Source: Selaginella moellendorffii (taxonomy: Eukaryota; Plantae; Lycopodiophyta). From it: a stretch of 64,000 nucleotides of DNA. The position numbers were made by a program, and so were the translations under genes. The notes under the pieces are model-generated. The model was not told the DNA's origin, made no database searches, and was given only the letters and a program-made list of their open reading frames with translations. The number at the start of each line of letters is the position of its first letter. Position 1 is the first letter of the stretch. Shown one piece after another: positions 37,193 through 49,777 of this stretch. The stretch is from positions 2,654,603-2,718,602 of the forward strand of contig NW_003314262.1 of assembly GCF_000143415.4 (NCBI RefSeq), read 5' to 3'.

Positions 37193-40100
37193 TACTATAT
37201 CTATTGGTAGATGTAATTTTGAGGTCTTTTAAAGTACTATAGAATTTGTCATTTTCTATATTTTAATATAAATATTTTTTTCAATAATGGAAATGACAAA
37301 AGTAATTTTTATATTGGAAACCATTCACTCATACTTTTTGTGGGAATACACCTTTAGTAGGATAATTAGAATATTTATATAAAATAATAAAGACAAAGGC
37401 AAAGAGGATGCACTCCACCCACCCAAAAAGTTGCTCAAGCTACACAGGAGTGGTTTGGGAGTGAGGTGGTTATATGGGAAAGCATTATTGCTACTCAGTG
37501 CACTTATAATTGATCTCACTATAGTGCTTGATTATGAGAATTCAAAGTGTTGTTATTTCTTTCTCCTCCTTTGCGTCTCCATCTCTATCAAATGTAGTAA
37601 TAGTGGTGGATTTTGGATTAGGTGACTGGGAGTTTATTTCTAGAACTAGGTGTCCAAGAAATTCACAAATGGATGATAAAAAATCTCTTTAATACGGTGC
37701 CCCATGGTTAAGGTAGTCAGATTGTCTGTCAAAAAATATTATATCTGATAATAGTCATAGGTTGTATATGTTATGAGAACATATACCTATAATATCACCA
37801 TGTGTTTCATCCAAGCTTATACTAAATTGCCATTTTACTGGTAGTAACAAGCTTGGACAGCTTATTAACATAATGTTGGTAATTGCAGATAAATAGAAAA
37901 AAGTTGAGTAGTTTTGAGGTGATAATTAGTTTAAAGGTGAGCAATTCAAATTTTAGAGCTATCTTATGAGGGGAAATTTCAAAATCAACCTATTATTCTT
38001 ACTTTATTTACTACCTTTTTGGACTTATTCTACACTAAATCCTTTTGATGACACATGGTGGTATCTTAGTTTGGTATTCTAGAAAGCATGAGTGGTGTTT
38101 TTTAAGATGCTAGCCATTATTCTATTAAATAAGGCTTAGTGCTACCTCCATCTCTTTAGAAAATGGAGGAAAAAGAGACTATGAAAATTGTAGAGTGATG
38201 GTGAAAAAGGACTAAAAGTCACTATAAGCATTATTGCCTATTCTTCTAATAATTTTTTTTTCCATAGACAACACCATCCACCTTCCCCTCTAAACTAAAG
38301 TTTTGTTGTTCGTTGCCTCCTCTTTCATTATGTGCCCTCTATGGATTTTTCACAACCACGACAGGTAGCAAGGAGCATTGCTAATGCTAGCATTTGCACT
38401 AACGCTAATGCCAGTACCTTCCTCTAGCCTCCAGAATTAGGTTTTCCACAATGGGGCTATTGTGCAGGGCTGCAAGTGCACTTGCTAACATTTATATCTT
38501 GGTATGTCTAACATAAAAGGTAGTTCATATAGCTCCATGGCAGTAGCTTAGGGTCAAAGGATTGTAGTAACAGTTTAATAACCATTTGGGGTTGTCAAAA
38601 TAGCAAAGTTAACTTTATTGATATTTTATATTTTACTTCTTTGAATGGGTTGGAAACTAAAAAGAAGCTACTTGACTTTGTGAGACACTATTTACTACAA
38701 AATCAGAGCATAAAATAGATCATTAAGGCTCTTGGGACTACACATCACAATGTGTTGCAAAGCTATAGATTACATAGAGTGCTTGTCATGAAGGATAAGT
38801 AGGAAATAACAACTAACTTATAAGAGCTCATGCCTTTGGAAGTAGGGGGAGCAAAGTAGGGAGTGAAGAATGCTTATAATTTGCTTAGATGAGTAGGGAT
38901 TAAGGTTGGCAACTAGAATGTATGATTAGAAGCTATCGTTCCTACATATTATAAAATGGCAAGCTATTAATACAATCCTATACATACACAAGTTTTATAT
39001 TTCATTTATAGATTCTTTAGATTTCTACAACTTACATTATTTTTAGATTGATAGAAGTTTATAAAACAATTTAGAATGCTATGCTTGATACTCCCCAAAT
39101 TGAAAATTCACTTCTCCAATCCAAAGCCAACAAAAATCTCTATTAGCTGAAAGGATATAGACAATATTTCGGGAAATGAACACTCTTTCATAGGAATTAA
39201 GAACAAGATAAAGTCCATTGTTATTTTTATTAGCTTTTTTTTTTACTTTATCTTTGTTTTTTGGTATATAAGTGGTTTTACAAGTAACTTCTTCAGAAGC
39301 TTGAAATGGAAAACATATTTTATCTATGCAACACATTGAACTTGCACAACTTTTTAAAAGTTTTCATTCCAGAATTTTTTACAAGGTTTAAGGAATATAT
39401 TGATGTTTGGAACTTGTATAAACTTAAAGGAATCAAGAAAAACAACCATACAAAACTTCCTAAAAACAAGTCTAAAAAACGGGAGCTTAAGTAATATTTC
39501 ACTTCGGAATCATTTTTGCATTTGTTTGCTCTTGCTATTTTATTTTTGGGCAAAGGCTTTTTTAGCAAGAGGATTCATTTCATTGGTATAGACTTTATAG
39601 AATATATATAAAAATGAAATTACATATTTGAATATAAAGTGGGAGCTTACAAAATTTTATTGCAAATGGAAGATCTATATGATACTTTTGAGTATGAACT
39701 AGTTCCAAATTGAGCCTCTATGCACAATTGATCTTACACTCTATATTTAAATCTAAATGAAGAATATACTAAGAAAGAAAGTTTTTCTCTCCAATGATAT
39801 GCCATGTTGTGAATTCTTTTATAAGAACTTAAAAGAAAACTTTCTAGTAATAATAAGCATTCCCCACAAAACTTATCTTTTCTTTTTTCTATCAAGGATC
39901 TAACATATGCAAAAGCATCAACCAAAATTTTTAAGGACACCATAGCTAGATTTTTGTTAAGTAAAGCAAGAGCCCAATTAAATCTTGGACCCATTATATT
40001 GATTGTTTAAAGTGTTTTGAGCATGAAACACAAGACAACTCAAGTCTTTAAATCAACCTGAAAATTTTGGTCTTTGGCCTAGATTAGAAAAACAAGTTGT

Positions 40101-41637
40101 AATGCATGTGATTATGGGATGAGATTTGGATATACTATCACTATGGATCCTTGAAACTTTGGGGGATAAATAAGGATAAAATAGCCATTAAAAGCTCTCT
40201 CATCAAACAATTTCTCATTTTTCAGGTGGCTTAAGGGGAGAGAGATAATATGCACTACATAAGTTTTGGTATAAGGGGAGCACAATTGGTGATAAGATAT
40301 ATAATTCGCTAAACAAAGGTATTGGAAGGAATTTAAATATAACCTCCCATTAAATTTCATTCTTTTTTACCATGTCAAAGCCTGTGTGGCAAAAGACATA
40401 AAGAAATGTGGCAATGCAAGAAAGGATAATGTGGCTAAGAGTTCATATGTATTAGCCATAACCCCACTTTACAAGAAGCAAAATTCTTTAAATATATAAA
40501 AAGTTTATTCTTTGGCTTGGCTTATAGCTTGTGGCTTATCCCTTGTCTCAAACCAACTCTAGCAAAATTAAGTGTTTGATTTCCCTCTTGTGATGTTCTA
40601 GAGATTTTCGGTAAAACCTTCACATAATAATTTAAAAAGGTTAAAAGTTGTGGCTTTGGATATGAGAATTTTAGAGAAAAATATTTATGATCATAGTTGA
40701 AAATGTTGATTAAACTCTTGAAATCATCTGTATCTATTTAGAAATTGATAAGAAATGAGGCAAAATAAATTTTTGGATATCAAATAAAAAGAAACAAAAC
40801 AAAATATCACTGTGTTTTTAGGTAATACAAAACTAAGTTTATGATGAAATTGATATTTATGAATGATTTTATGAAATTCATGTTCACATGCGAGATGAAA
40901 TTCCCTACACTTAGAAATTTTTGCTTGCCAATACTTTGGGCCAGTACACGTATGTGTAAGTAACCAAAGGGAACAACTCGAGAGATGATCCATAGGGATT
41001 CAAATATAGAAAGAAAGGGCTCATGAATAAGAATGCACCTTCTTTTCCAATCGGTTAAGGGTCTTGGGATATTTGGGGTTACGTGTCCTTGGGTTTGAAT
41101 AGTATTGGGTTGGGTGACCTCCTGAAAAGTCTAAACTCAGGAGATTACAGTATGAGCTTGACCCCTAGCCACGTTGCCGTTTCTAGTCCTACCACGTTTT
41201 CTTGTCTTCTTTCCCATTCAAATTTTAATGTGGCAAAAGAGAACAGAAGGCTCAAACATGAAGATGAGACTATACACAATCAGACAGCTACAAAGTGTAT
41301 GGCACCTGTAAAAAATCAACATAGTAGCACTCTATGGCTCAAAGATGTAGAGATATACTCTCACCGAAACAATGAGATCAAAATGAAAACCATAGTAACA
41401 ATTTGCATCTCAAACGAACACATCTCAACAAAGACAAATGTTTATGGAGGCTGGCATGTAAAAATACACTATTTAAAAGTAGCAAACATCAGGACGACTA
41501 ACTCAAGGAAGTGTGAAAAGGAGTGTGAGGACTAGAAAAATGCAAACAACATGGCAAAGATAATTCTAAATAGTATTCATGCCATCTATCATTCAAGTTA
41601 AAACAAGAATTCATATTTTTGTGGAAAACCATTTTTA

Positions 41638-44064
41638 TTACACAGACTCGCAGATGCTAGCGATGAGAACGTGAGCGGCAGCGTTGTTTCGATCGATCCC
41701 TATGACGGAGTCGAAGGCGAGCTTTGCGATCCCCGGATTCCTCCACTTCGCGCACGCATCCAGCAGCGTCATCCAGATCTTGGCATTGGCCTCCCACGGC
41801 ATGCCCCGGATCAATTCCACCGCCTCTTCCAGCTGATTGCTCCGCCCTAGTAGATCCACCATCACGGTGTAATGCTCCAGCCGCAGCGCCACGCCGCTGC
41901 CATAGCCAGAGCTGGCGGCGCGGGAGAACACCTCTCGCCCTCGATCCACCAGCCCGGCGCGAGCACACACGCTGAGGATGCTGAGAATCGTCACGCCATT
42001 GGGCCGCAATCGCTCCTCCCCTTGCATCATCCTCTCCAGGAGATCGAAAGCTTGCTGGAAATCGCCGGCGCGGCTGTAGCCCGCGATGAGCGAGTTCCAG
42101 GTCACGACGTCCCTGCGCGCGCTCTCGATGGAATCAAACGCCGCGCGTGCCTCGTCCATGCTCCCGCACTTGCCATAGAAATCCACAATGGAATTGGCCA
42201 GTATCGAGAGTTCGTTGTTAGGGCTCTTGGTGGATACCATGGAGGAATACTGTGAGTGGATCTTCCGGCCGATCTCTAGCGCGCCCAAGCTCCCACACGC
42301 CTTGATCACTGCCGCGAGCGCCACTCCATCCGGATTGCACCGATCCTCCTGGATCATGCGCTCGAAGCACTCCAGCGCTCGATCGGGCTCGCCGGCATCA
42401 TTGTATCCTGCCATGAGCGCTGTCCACGAGACAGCGGTGCGCGATCGCGGCTCCATTCGATCGAACACACTGCGAGCATCGGCCATGGATCCACATCTCG
42501 CGTACATCGCAATGAAGGAATTCGCCACTGCGATCTCGCGTTCTAGATTCTTTGCGGTGGCCCGTCGATGGATCTCTCTCCCCCTGGCCAGGCTCTGGAT
42601 CTTCACTGGCGTGCCGCCGAGATTTTGCCCTTGTTCTTGCGCGGCCAGGGAAGAACACGCCTTGATTGCAGCCAGGAAGGTCACAGCGTCCGGATCGATC
42701 GAATGTGGCATCTGAGAGAACAGATCCAGCGCCACCGCTGCGTCGCCACTCTCCACGTAACCCTGGATGATCGCGTTCCAGGAAACGATCGAGGGCTTCT
42801 CGATCGTCTCAAACACCGATCGAGCGTCGCCCAGGCTGCCGCGCCGTGAGTACATCGTTACCAGCGCATTGGCAACGAAGGGATCGCGATGGAATCCCCG
42901 GCTCGCAAGCGCCGTGTGAAGAGCTCGCCCCTTCTCGAGAAGATCTCTTCCTTGTTCTTCGATCGGGGTCGAGCAAGCCTTGAGAGCTGCGAGGAATGTG
43001 ACACTGTCAGGATCGCAGCCACTCTCCTCCATCCTCAAGAGAAATTCCAGCGCCATGGCTCCATCGCTGGCATCGGCATAGGCCGCAATGATCGAATTCC
43101 AAGACACGAGACTGGGAGAATCGATTTGATCGAAGACTCGGCGGGCATCGGCAACGCTGCCACAGCGCGAGTACATAGAAATCAGGGCATTCGAGATGAC
43201 CACATCGCGGCCATAGCCAAGCTTGGCGATCATGGAATGGATCGCGCGCCCTTGTAGCAAGAACCACTGGAGCTTTGGCCCTGATCGAAGCGAGGGAGAG
43301 CAAGCTTTGATCGCAGCCAGGAACGTGACCTTGTCCGGGACGAATCCCTCCTGCTGCATCGTGGAGAACAATCGCAGCGCCTCAGCGCCATGGCCGGCCT
43401 CGCCATAGCCGAAGATCATCGCATTCCACGCCACAATCTCTCCCGAGCTTGCAATCTCGTCAAACACCGCTCGAGCATCGATCAAGCTCCCGCATTTGGC
43501 ATACATCGTGAGCAGTGAATTCGCAAGGAATCTGCTGGATCGGTGGCCCTCTCGCCAGGCCCGGCGATGGATCTCTCTGCCGCTCCGTAGGGAATGAGCT
43601 CTGACGATATTTCCATCGATTTCTTGGGGTTCCTCCCTGGCGGCGGCACTGGCGCACGCCCTGGCAGCCGCGAGGTAGGACACAATCCCCGGCGCGCAAT
43701 CCATGCGATCGAAGAGATCCAGCGCTATGTCGCCGAGATTGGCGTCGACATAGCCCAGGATCATCGTGTTCCATGAGACAGCCGTGCGGCGGTGATCCAA
43801 TCGATCGAAGACCGCGCGCGCATCGACCAAACTCCCGCATTTGGAGTACATTGCGATGAGCGTGTTGGCGATGTAAACATCCGTGGCGTCGAGGCCGATC
43901 TGAGCAATGCCCGCGTGAATTCGCCTCCCCACTGCCAGGTCTTTCGATCTCCCACACTCCTGGAGCGCTGCGATCACGACGCTGGTAGTGGGCCGCCGTC
44001 CCTGTTCTTGGGCGCGATCATAGAGGCGAATCCCTCCGCCTGGTCGAGAAGCACTATCCACCAT
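41638..44064 (-). CDS. PLS-class pentatricopeptide repeat protein with E domain, no DYW (intronless)
   Basis: Repeated ANxLIxMYxKCGSxxDARxVFDx / VSWNxMIxGY / PDxVTFLAAIKAC motifs; C-terminal HYTVMVDLLGR...MPWEANAKIWMTLLDAC. Confidence 0.95.
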   Translation of the reverse strand: MVDSASRPGGGIRLYDRAQEQGRRPTTSVVIAALQECGRSKDLAVGRRIHAGIAQIGLDATDVYIANTLIAMYSKCGSLVDARAVFDRLDHRRTAVSWNTMILGYVDANLGDIALDLFDRMDCAPGIVSYLAAARACASAAAREEPQEIDGNIVRAHSLRSGREIHRRAWREGHRSSRFLANSLLTMYAKCGSLIDARAVFDEIASSGEIVAWNAMIFGYGEAGHGAEALRLFSTMQQEGFVPDKVTFLAAIKACSPSLRSGPKLQWFLLQGRAIHSMIAKLGYGRDVVISNALISMYSRCGSVADARRVFDQIDSPSLVSWNSIIAAYADASDGAMALEFLLRMEESGCDPDSVTFLAALKACSTPIEEQGRDLLEKGRALHTALASRGFHRDPFVANALVTMYSRRGSLGDARSVFETIEKPSIVSWNAIIQGYVESGDAAVALDLFSQMPHSIDPDAVTFLAAIKACSSLAAQEQGQNLGGTPVKIQSLARGREIHRRATAKNLEREIAVANSFIAMYARCGSMADARSVFDRMEPRSRTAVSWTALMAGYNDAGEPDRALECFERMIQEDRCNPDGVALAAVIKACGSLGALEIGRKIHSQYSSMVSTKSPNNELSILANSIVDFYGKCGSMDEARAAFDSIESARRDVVTWNSLIAGYSRAGDFQQAFDLLERMMQGEERLRPNGVTILSILSVCARAGLVDRGREVFSRAASSGYGSGVALRLEHYTVMVDLLGRSNQLEEAVELIRGMPWEANAKIWMTLLDACAKWRNPGIAKLAFDSVIGIDRNNAAAHVLIASICESV

Positions 44065-44241
44065 CGCCAAGCCCTAATTTCCGTCCGTACGTATTCCGTG
44101 CGTTCCAGTGGCCGAGAATCGAAACCGCGCAAGCTGCCGGAAAAAAGCCGTGGCTGCCACGCGTCATACTGTGAGTGGCCAGATCTGCCTTCCGGCCGCC
44201 TGAAGCATTTCTCGACCTAGGATAGAAGAGAGGCAGTGGCG

Positions 44242-45519
44242 ATGGCCGAGGAGCCCTACGCAGTCCAGGGCAAGCAGCAGCAGCACCGCCAGCCCCATCA
44301 CCAGCCCCACCAGCAAAATCATGTCATGCTCCATGGCCATCACCAGATTCACACACAGCAGCAGCAAATCCACGCCCCAGCACCTCCTCCAGCGATCGCA
44401 GCGGCCACGAATCGAGAGGTAGGGCAGCATAATCTTCCCCATTCTTCCCCGCTCGATCGATTCCCGGCGCCGCACGGCAATGGCCGCGGATTATCACTGT
44501 CGCTCCATCACCAGAATCACCAGCAGCACAAGAGTCCTCTCCAGCATCCCCAGCAGCATTCACAAGAACTGGCGGCTAGGGTTCTTCCACCGGCAAGCAA
44601 GGGTAGGGCTGACGGCGGCACTCCAGGCCACGGCCGTGACGACGCGTGGACGGAGGGGGCCACGCTGGCGCTCATTGACGCTTGGGGGGAGAGGTATCTC
44701 CATCTCAACAGGGGGAATCTCAAGCAGAAGCATTGGCGAGAGGTGGCTGACGAGGTGACCAAGAGGTCGTGCTTGGACGAGAGCTCCAGCGGGAGAAGTG
44801 GCAAGAGCGATGTCCAGTGTAAGAATCGCCTAGATACGCTCAAGAAGAAGTATAAGATCGAGAAGGCGAGGCTGGCGAGCGAGGGGAGCCCCAGTAAGTG
44901 GCCATTTTTCGTGAAGCTGGACGAACTCATTGGTCCATCGAAGAAAGGGAAGAAGAGGTCGACTCCTCCGCCATCAAACAACGGCATTGCCCCGGCCGCC
45001 GGCGCCGGCGCCGCTCTCACTGCTACTCCAGTTAGCAGAGATCAGTCGAGGAACCATCGCCAGCAGCAAGCCCAGCAAGCGCAAGCGACGAGCAACGATT
45101 CCTCCAGCCGAGAGTTTAGTGCCGGGATGACCGATAGCTGCGAGAACAATGGAAACGCCACGGCTGCCAACGAGGGAAGAGCTTCGTCGTCCAAGAGGCG
45201 GAAGGTGGAGGGGAGCTTCAAGGATCTGGCGAGGGCCATTATCAAGTTTGGGGAGGTTTACGAGCGGATCGAGAGCGCCAAGCAGCAGCAGCTCATGGAT
45301 CTGGAGCGGCAGCGCATGGAGTTTACCAAGGATCTGGAGCTCCAGAGGATGCAGCTCTTCATGCAAACGCAGGTGGAGCTAGCCAAGATGAAGCACGGCA
45401 AGCTCGGGGGTGGCGGCGGAGGAGCTGGCGGCGGCAACACAGGTGAGTTGCTCTCCTCGGCCACGCTTTGTCCCACTGAAACGCTCAGCTCCTCCGTGTT
45501 TACAGAGCACTACCTATGA
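44242..45519 (+). CDS. Trihelix transcription factor (ASIL/SIP1 clade)
   Basis: DDAWTEGATLALIDAWGERYLHLNRGNLKQKHWREVA...KSDVQCKNRLDTLKKKYKIEK and coiled coil LARAIIKFGEVYERIESAK..LERQRMEF. A small in-frame intron ~45443-45505 is possible. Confidence 0.93.
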   Translation: MAEEPYAVQGKQQQHRQPHHQPHQQNHVMLHGHHQIHTQQQQIHAPAPPPAIAAATNREVGQHNLPHSSPLDRFPAPHGNGRGLSLSLHHQNHQQHKSPLQHPQQHSQELAARVLPPASKGRADGGTPGHGRDDAWTEGATLALIDAWGERYLHLNRGNLKQKHWREVADEVTKRSCLDESSSGRSGKSDVQCKNRLDTLKKKYKIEKARLASEGSPSKWPFFVKLDELIGPSKKGKKRSTPPPSNNGIAPAAGAGAALTATPVSRDQSRNHRQQQAQQAQATSNDSSSREFSAGMTDSCENNGNATAANEGRASSSKRRKVEGSFKDLARAIIKFGEVYERIESAKQQQLMDLERQRMEFTKDLELQRMQLFMQTQVELAKMKHGKLGGGGGGAGGGNTGELLSSATLCPTETLSSSVFTEHYL

Positions 45520-46200
45520 TCCACAGCCTCGGCTCACTGATCGATCGATCCAGGCACGCTGAAAAGTCTCGCCAGTTGATCGAAGGCAACTCACTGTATA
45601 GGGAGGAGAGATTTTGATGTCGTCTAACTTGTGACTACCACCACTACTCGCTGATGCTACTAAGTTTGCCAGTCCGGGATTTTGGAGACGATTCTTCTGG
45701 TTTTGTAAATGCTTGCTGTTAACAATCTTTAAATGCTTGCAAAGAAAATTGTAGTGCACAAGCACGATCGTTTACCAAGGTATCTTGGAGTGTGCTTCAG
45801 TTAAAATGCGAAAGCTTAAAGATTTTGACAATTTTTCTGTTGTCCTTGATCATCAACAATTGTGAGGTAATGGGAATGATTCTTGCTGCGCGGTTGCAAG
45901 TCGTCTCTGTTCCAGGTAAGTATTGAAGATTGTGCAAGAGCTTTATGTTCGGGACGATAACTGAGCGAGAAATCAAACGATGACGGAATGATCTCTAAAT
46001 AATAAAATGATACTTCTGATAATACTGGTTTTGCTTTATAGTTTTCACCTTATAAAGTCATATTTAAGACTCAGATTCTCCCACTCCGAGTTCGGATCTC
46101 ATGGACGACCCATTTTGGTCCATTCCCTTTCTAATCGCTACAGCAAACCATTGGCAAGGCAAAAACCAGTATCAGTATCAAGCATGTGGATTGTTGATGT

Positions 46201-47705
46201 TTACTCGAAGGCGCCGTCATCACTGAGTGGTTCCTCGCTCGCAGCCATCTGCTCCGCCAGCTCCGACCAAAGGGTTACCAAATCATCCCGAGCACAAAGC
46301 TTATGTGCAACTTTGAGCTCTGCCTTCTCCAAATACCTCTCGCGCCATCTGCTCCGGACCTGTAGCACACCACACATCACGTTAAAGAAAAATCGAAACT
46401 GAGAACAGTCGAGATGACCTTGTCACGGTCCCAAGAAGCAACCTCTTGGCCGACGAGGATCTTGAGGAAGCCTTCGTAAAAGAGACGACTCCCTTCGGTC
46501 AGGCTTGCATCATCTACAAACATGGGGAAATCATGGGCCTGCACAAAGCACACCAGTGTAGCGAATCGCTCGCAACAACAGATTGAAAAACAAACCTCCC
46601 AGATCCTGAAGAGCTTTCCCACCGGATGATAGCCATCGGGGATATTGAGCTTTCGGTCGTCCATATCGACCTTCCACGTAGCAAACCGGTTTCGAATCTG
46701 TGCTTTTGTGGCACTAGGCGTGGAGTTGGCGAGAAAATCACCATTTGGATCCATCTGTTCGGCGGGGATAGCATCCGGAAAACCTGTTCCAAGCAAGAGC
46801 AAAAGCAAGCAAGACGATGGTAGTTTTATCACAATCCCACTTACGCCTAAGGGAGGGCTCTACAAGAGCTCCATTACTCACGTACACAAATCCGTCAATC
46901 TCTAGAATCCCATGGTACCAGCCGTCACCCGACCACAGCATGAGGTAAACAGGGCATCGCTCCTCCTTGAGTTCACACTTGTCCTCAGCTATAGCATGCA
47001 TGGCAGCTTGTAAAATATCCCGAGCCTGGGGTGAAGTCTTGCAATCGACCACCATGCGGAGCACTTGACTCCCATCCTTAAAAACGTAGACCTTGAAATC
47101 ACCTCTTTCTCTAGCCGGTCTATCGCGGTCGCCATAATCGGTGACAACCAAAAGATCACTCGTCCCTGTGCGACTCCTTGGCTTCGTGAAGTATCGGAAA
47201 CGGCACAGCACGAGATCCTCCGTGCCCCTGTCCGCTCTGGGATCCCCTTTTGCCTTGAAAGAGTTCAAAACTTCCATTTGATGCAAGGCTGCCACGAGCT
47301 TGATTGCGTCAGGCTGCATGTTCATGTTCTTGTTCCTGAAACTGCACGAAAATACTACAGATCCCGACCAAAAACCGAGAATGCTTACCTGTCGTAGGGT
47401 GGTGACCCGGCGAATTGCCTGATTAGTCCAAACCTCAACTTAAACTCCATCTCGGTGATCGAACAGGGGGAAACTGCAAAGAGCCGCTTGGTGCGTTCCT
47501 CGGATTTGCTCTGTACTCCAGCCTCAAGGTACTTCACGAAATCAAGGAGGTCCTGCTCGCCTAATCTACGCTTCTTTTGCTGCTCCATTTTCTCCAACAC
47601 ATCCTTGCCACAACTCGCTTCCACCATATCCCTGAAATCTATCGCCCCCACGTCGGCAGCGCCGTTCGCAGGCTTCTTCTTCCTGCGCTTGCCGTGCGCC
47701 GACAT
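46201..47705 (-). CDS. Spliced PD-(D/E)XK restriction-endonuclease-like protein with N-terminal NLS
   Basis: Five exons joined by canonical GT-AG introns without stops. MSAHGKRRKKK; core GTSDLLVV...RMVVDCKTSPQARDILQAAMHAIA...PVYLMLWSGDGWYHG. Telo-box-like TAGGGTTT just upstream (47742). Confidence 0.55.
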
Positions 47706-47809
47706 GGGAACAGCCAAAGTTAGAAATTTAGGGCTGGACCCTAGGGTTTTGCGGAAATCTCAGGAGTTTTGTGTTTTCAGGCGTGCTTGGCAACTGCTGC
47801 TTGCTGGCA

Positions 47810-47950
47810 GGATCTGCCGCTCAAACCAGGGGCGGCGCTGCGCCCAGCCGACGGGAAGAAGGTGGCGCAGTGCTTTTTGGAGGCGAACGCCAGCAGGCAC
47901 GTCACAGCAGCGGCCATAGCATGGTCCACAAGGAGCGCCACCCACTGGAG
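47810..47950 (+). repeat. Inverted duplicate of 53423-53607
   Basis: cccagccgacgggaagaaggtggcgcagtgctttttggaggcga...catggtccacaaggagcgccaccca is present on + here and on - at 53423-53607. Confidence 0.85.
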
Positions 47951-49777
47951 CTCAATCGGCTGGTCGATTGCTCCCAGCCCTGCGGCCTCTAACGCCTGCT
48001 CAAGCAACTTTAAGCAAGAAAACCGAGGAAACTATGAACTTTCTCACCTCTCCAATGGTGACGGCATTGGCGGAAGCAACCTCTGGAGCAGTAGGCAATG
48101 GACGAATCACACCGGTGACAGGAACATTTGCTACCAACTCCGTGTTGATGGCAGCATTAGGAACAACGGCCTCTCGGACAGTCACACTGAGGGCTGTGAG
48201 CGCCGGGTGGACGAGCTCTGAGTCTGGGCGCTTTGCATCAAGGCCAAGTTGGCCTGGTTAGCCGCCTCTCCCGAAAGTATGTGTGCGTACATGTACGAGG
48301 GGATGATGCAAAAAATGAAACTGCTTTGCTCGAGCGCTGCAATCATACACAACAAGATAGAAACATCAGCCCACTGTGATCTGGTATGCGTCCATGAGCA
48401 TATTTAAAAGCCTGCCTAAAAGGCAGTCAAGCTGTGACTCGCAAGATTCTGGCAGCAAAAGCTGCTTTAGATACAGTACTTGCAATTGCTACAAGACACT
48501 TCCGGCTGTGTAATAAAAGTAAATCCCAAATGAGAAGTTATAAAATTTGTACTTCAAAACACAAGAATTTTTAAAATTGCAGTTAACATTTTCAACACTA
48601 AAGAGTATATAAAATGGAATTCCTCGCCACATCATGCTTTAAATAACCTGCTTTCCTAGAATGAGATTTTTGTTCAAGATCAACAAAGCATTTATAAGTA
48701 TATACAAACTGGATGGGTCAACGATCAATGCCAAGCCCATGGGCTGGCAATGTGTGGCACTGGTTGCTTGTCAAAGCAAAGTACTGCCTCCTACCCTCTT
48801 CTCCATCCCTGGTGTGACACTTAAGCTTGCACGAATTTTTCCCAGCATCATCAATGACCATTCAAAATTGGCACTACCAATAATATGTAGAACATTTTCT
48901 TTAGCCAAAGATGCTAGGGGATGCCTTCCCGATTGATCGAACTGCTGATGTGGCTTCTTTGGCTTATCGGGAAGCAAGTGGACCAGCGGAGAGTCACGCA
49001 GATGTTTGGGCCCAGGAGGGAGGTCATCAACATCACGCTCAACACAAGTAAGTTTTTCTCATTAAGGCATGGCCCTTAGTTTTCTTTTTAGGCTTGCTTA
49101 GTGACCTAAAAAAGCTTGCCTCACAAATTCTCAAGCACTAGCTTATATAATACATTTGTTGTCATCCTCCATATCCACTTGCACATTGCACATCTTCCAC
49201 ACCACCTAGCCACCTTATCACGTACCTCTAAACTTTATGCCATGAGTTTTGAGTAAAAACAATATGTGAAATTACAAAATCAGGAATAGAGTTTTTTTCT
49301 CCAAAATGTTATAGAAAGAACAAGAGACCAAGAAAAAACATCGACTTCACCTACGATGAACCAGCTCCAGATTGTAATATACGATTGGATTATAATTTAT
49401 TTACGTTTTGCTAAATTCAGATTTTTTTTGCAAATGTCATGATCATATTTGTGTGAGTTGGACGCCATTCCAGTGCAAGATGCAGAGGCTGTGAGAATCC
49501 AGTGCTTTAGAGAATGCGGGGCGTGAAGTTCGTGACGAAGCAACGAACCAAGAGCTGGATTGACACTCATGGTTGTATGAGGAAAGCTGCTTCATCTCTC
49601 TCAACGCTGTGGGATTTAGCTTCCTCGATGGTTTAAAGGCCATTGTGCTCCAACTCTTGAAAGATAACGTTTCGGAGTCCATTCGAATGACGCTTTTCAT
49701 ACATGTATTGATTCAATTCGAACGACACAAACACAACTATGTCTTATGTCTTGCCTGTGGCTCGGTTCATAAGCTTC

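Larger units (their letters stand above)
35300..41600. mobile_element. AT-rich, CpG-poor island of decayed transposon-like sequence with cargo gene
   Basis: Abrupt composition change relative to the GC-rich flanking genes. Contains a decayed APE-type endonuclease (35690-36180) and long stop-riddled reading frames (38640-41080). Boundaries are approximate. Confidence 0.6.

Noticed and set aside
41165-41190. Possible Helitron 3' end (CTAG|T)
   Set aside because: No convincing subterminal hairpin, and CTAG is frequent here.
46786-46846. Apparent frameshift between ORFs 46738-47325 and 46377-46832
   Set aside because: Resolved by a canonical GTAAGT...CAG intron.
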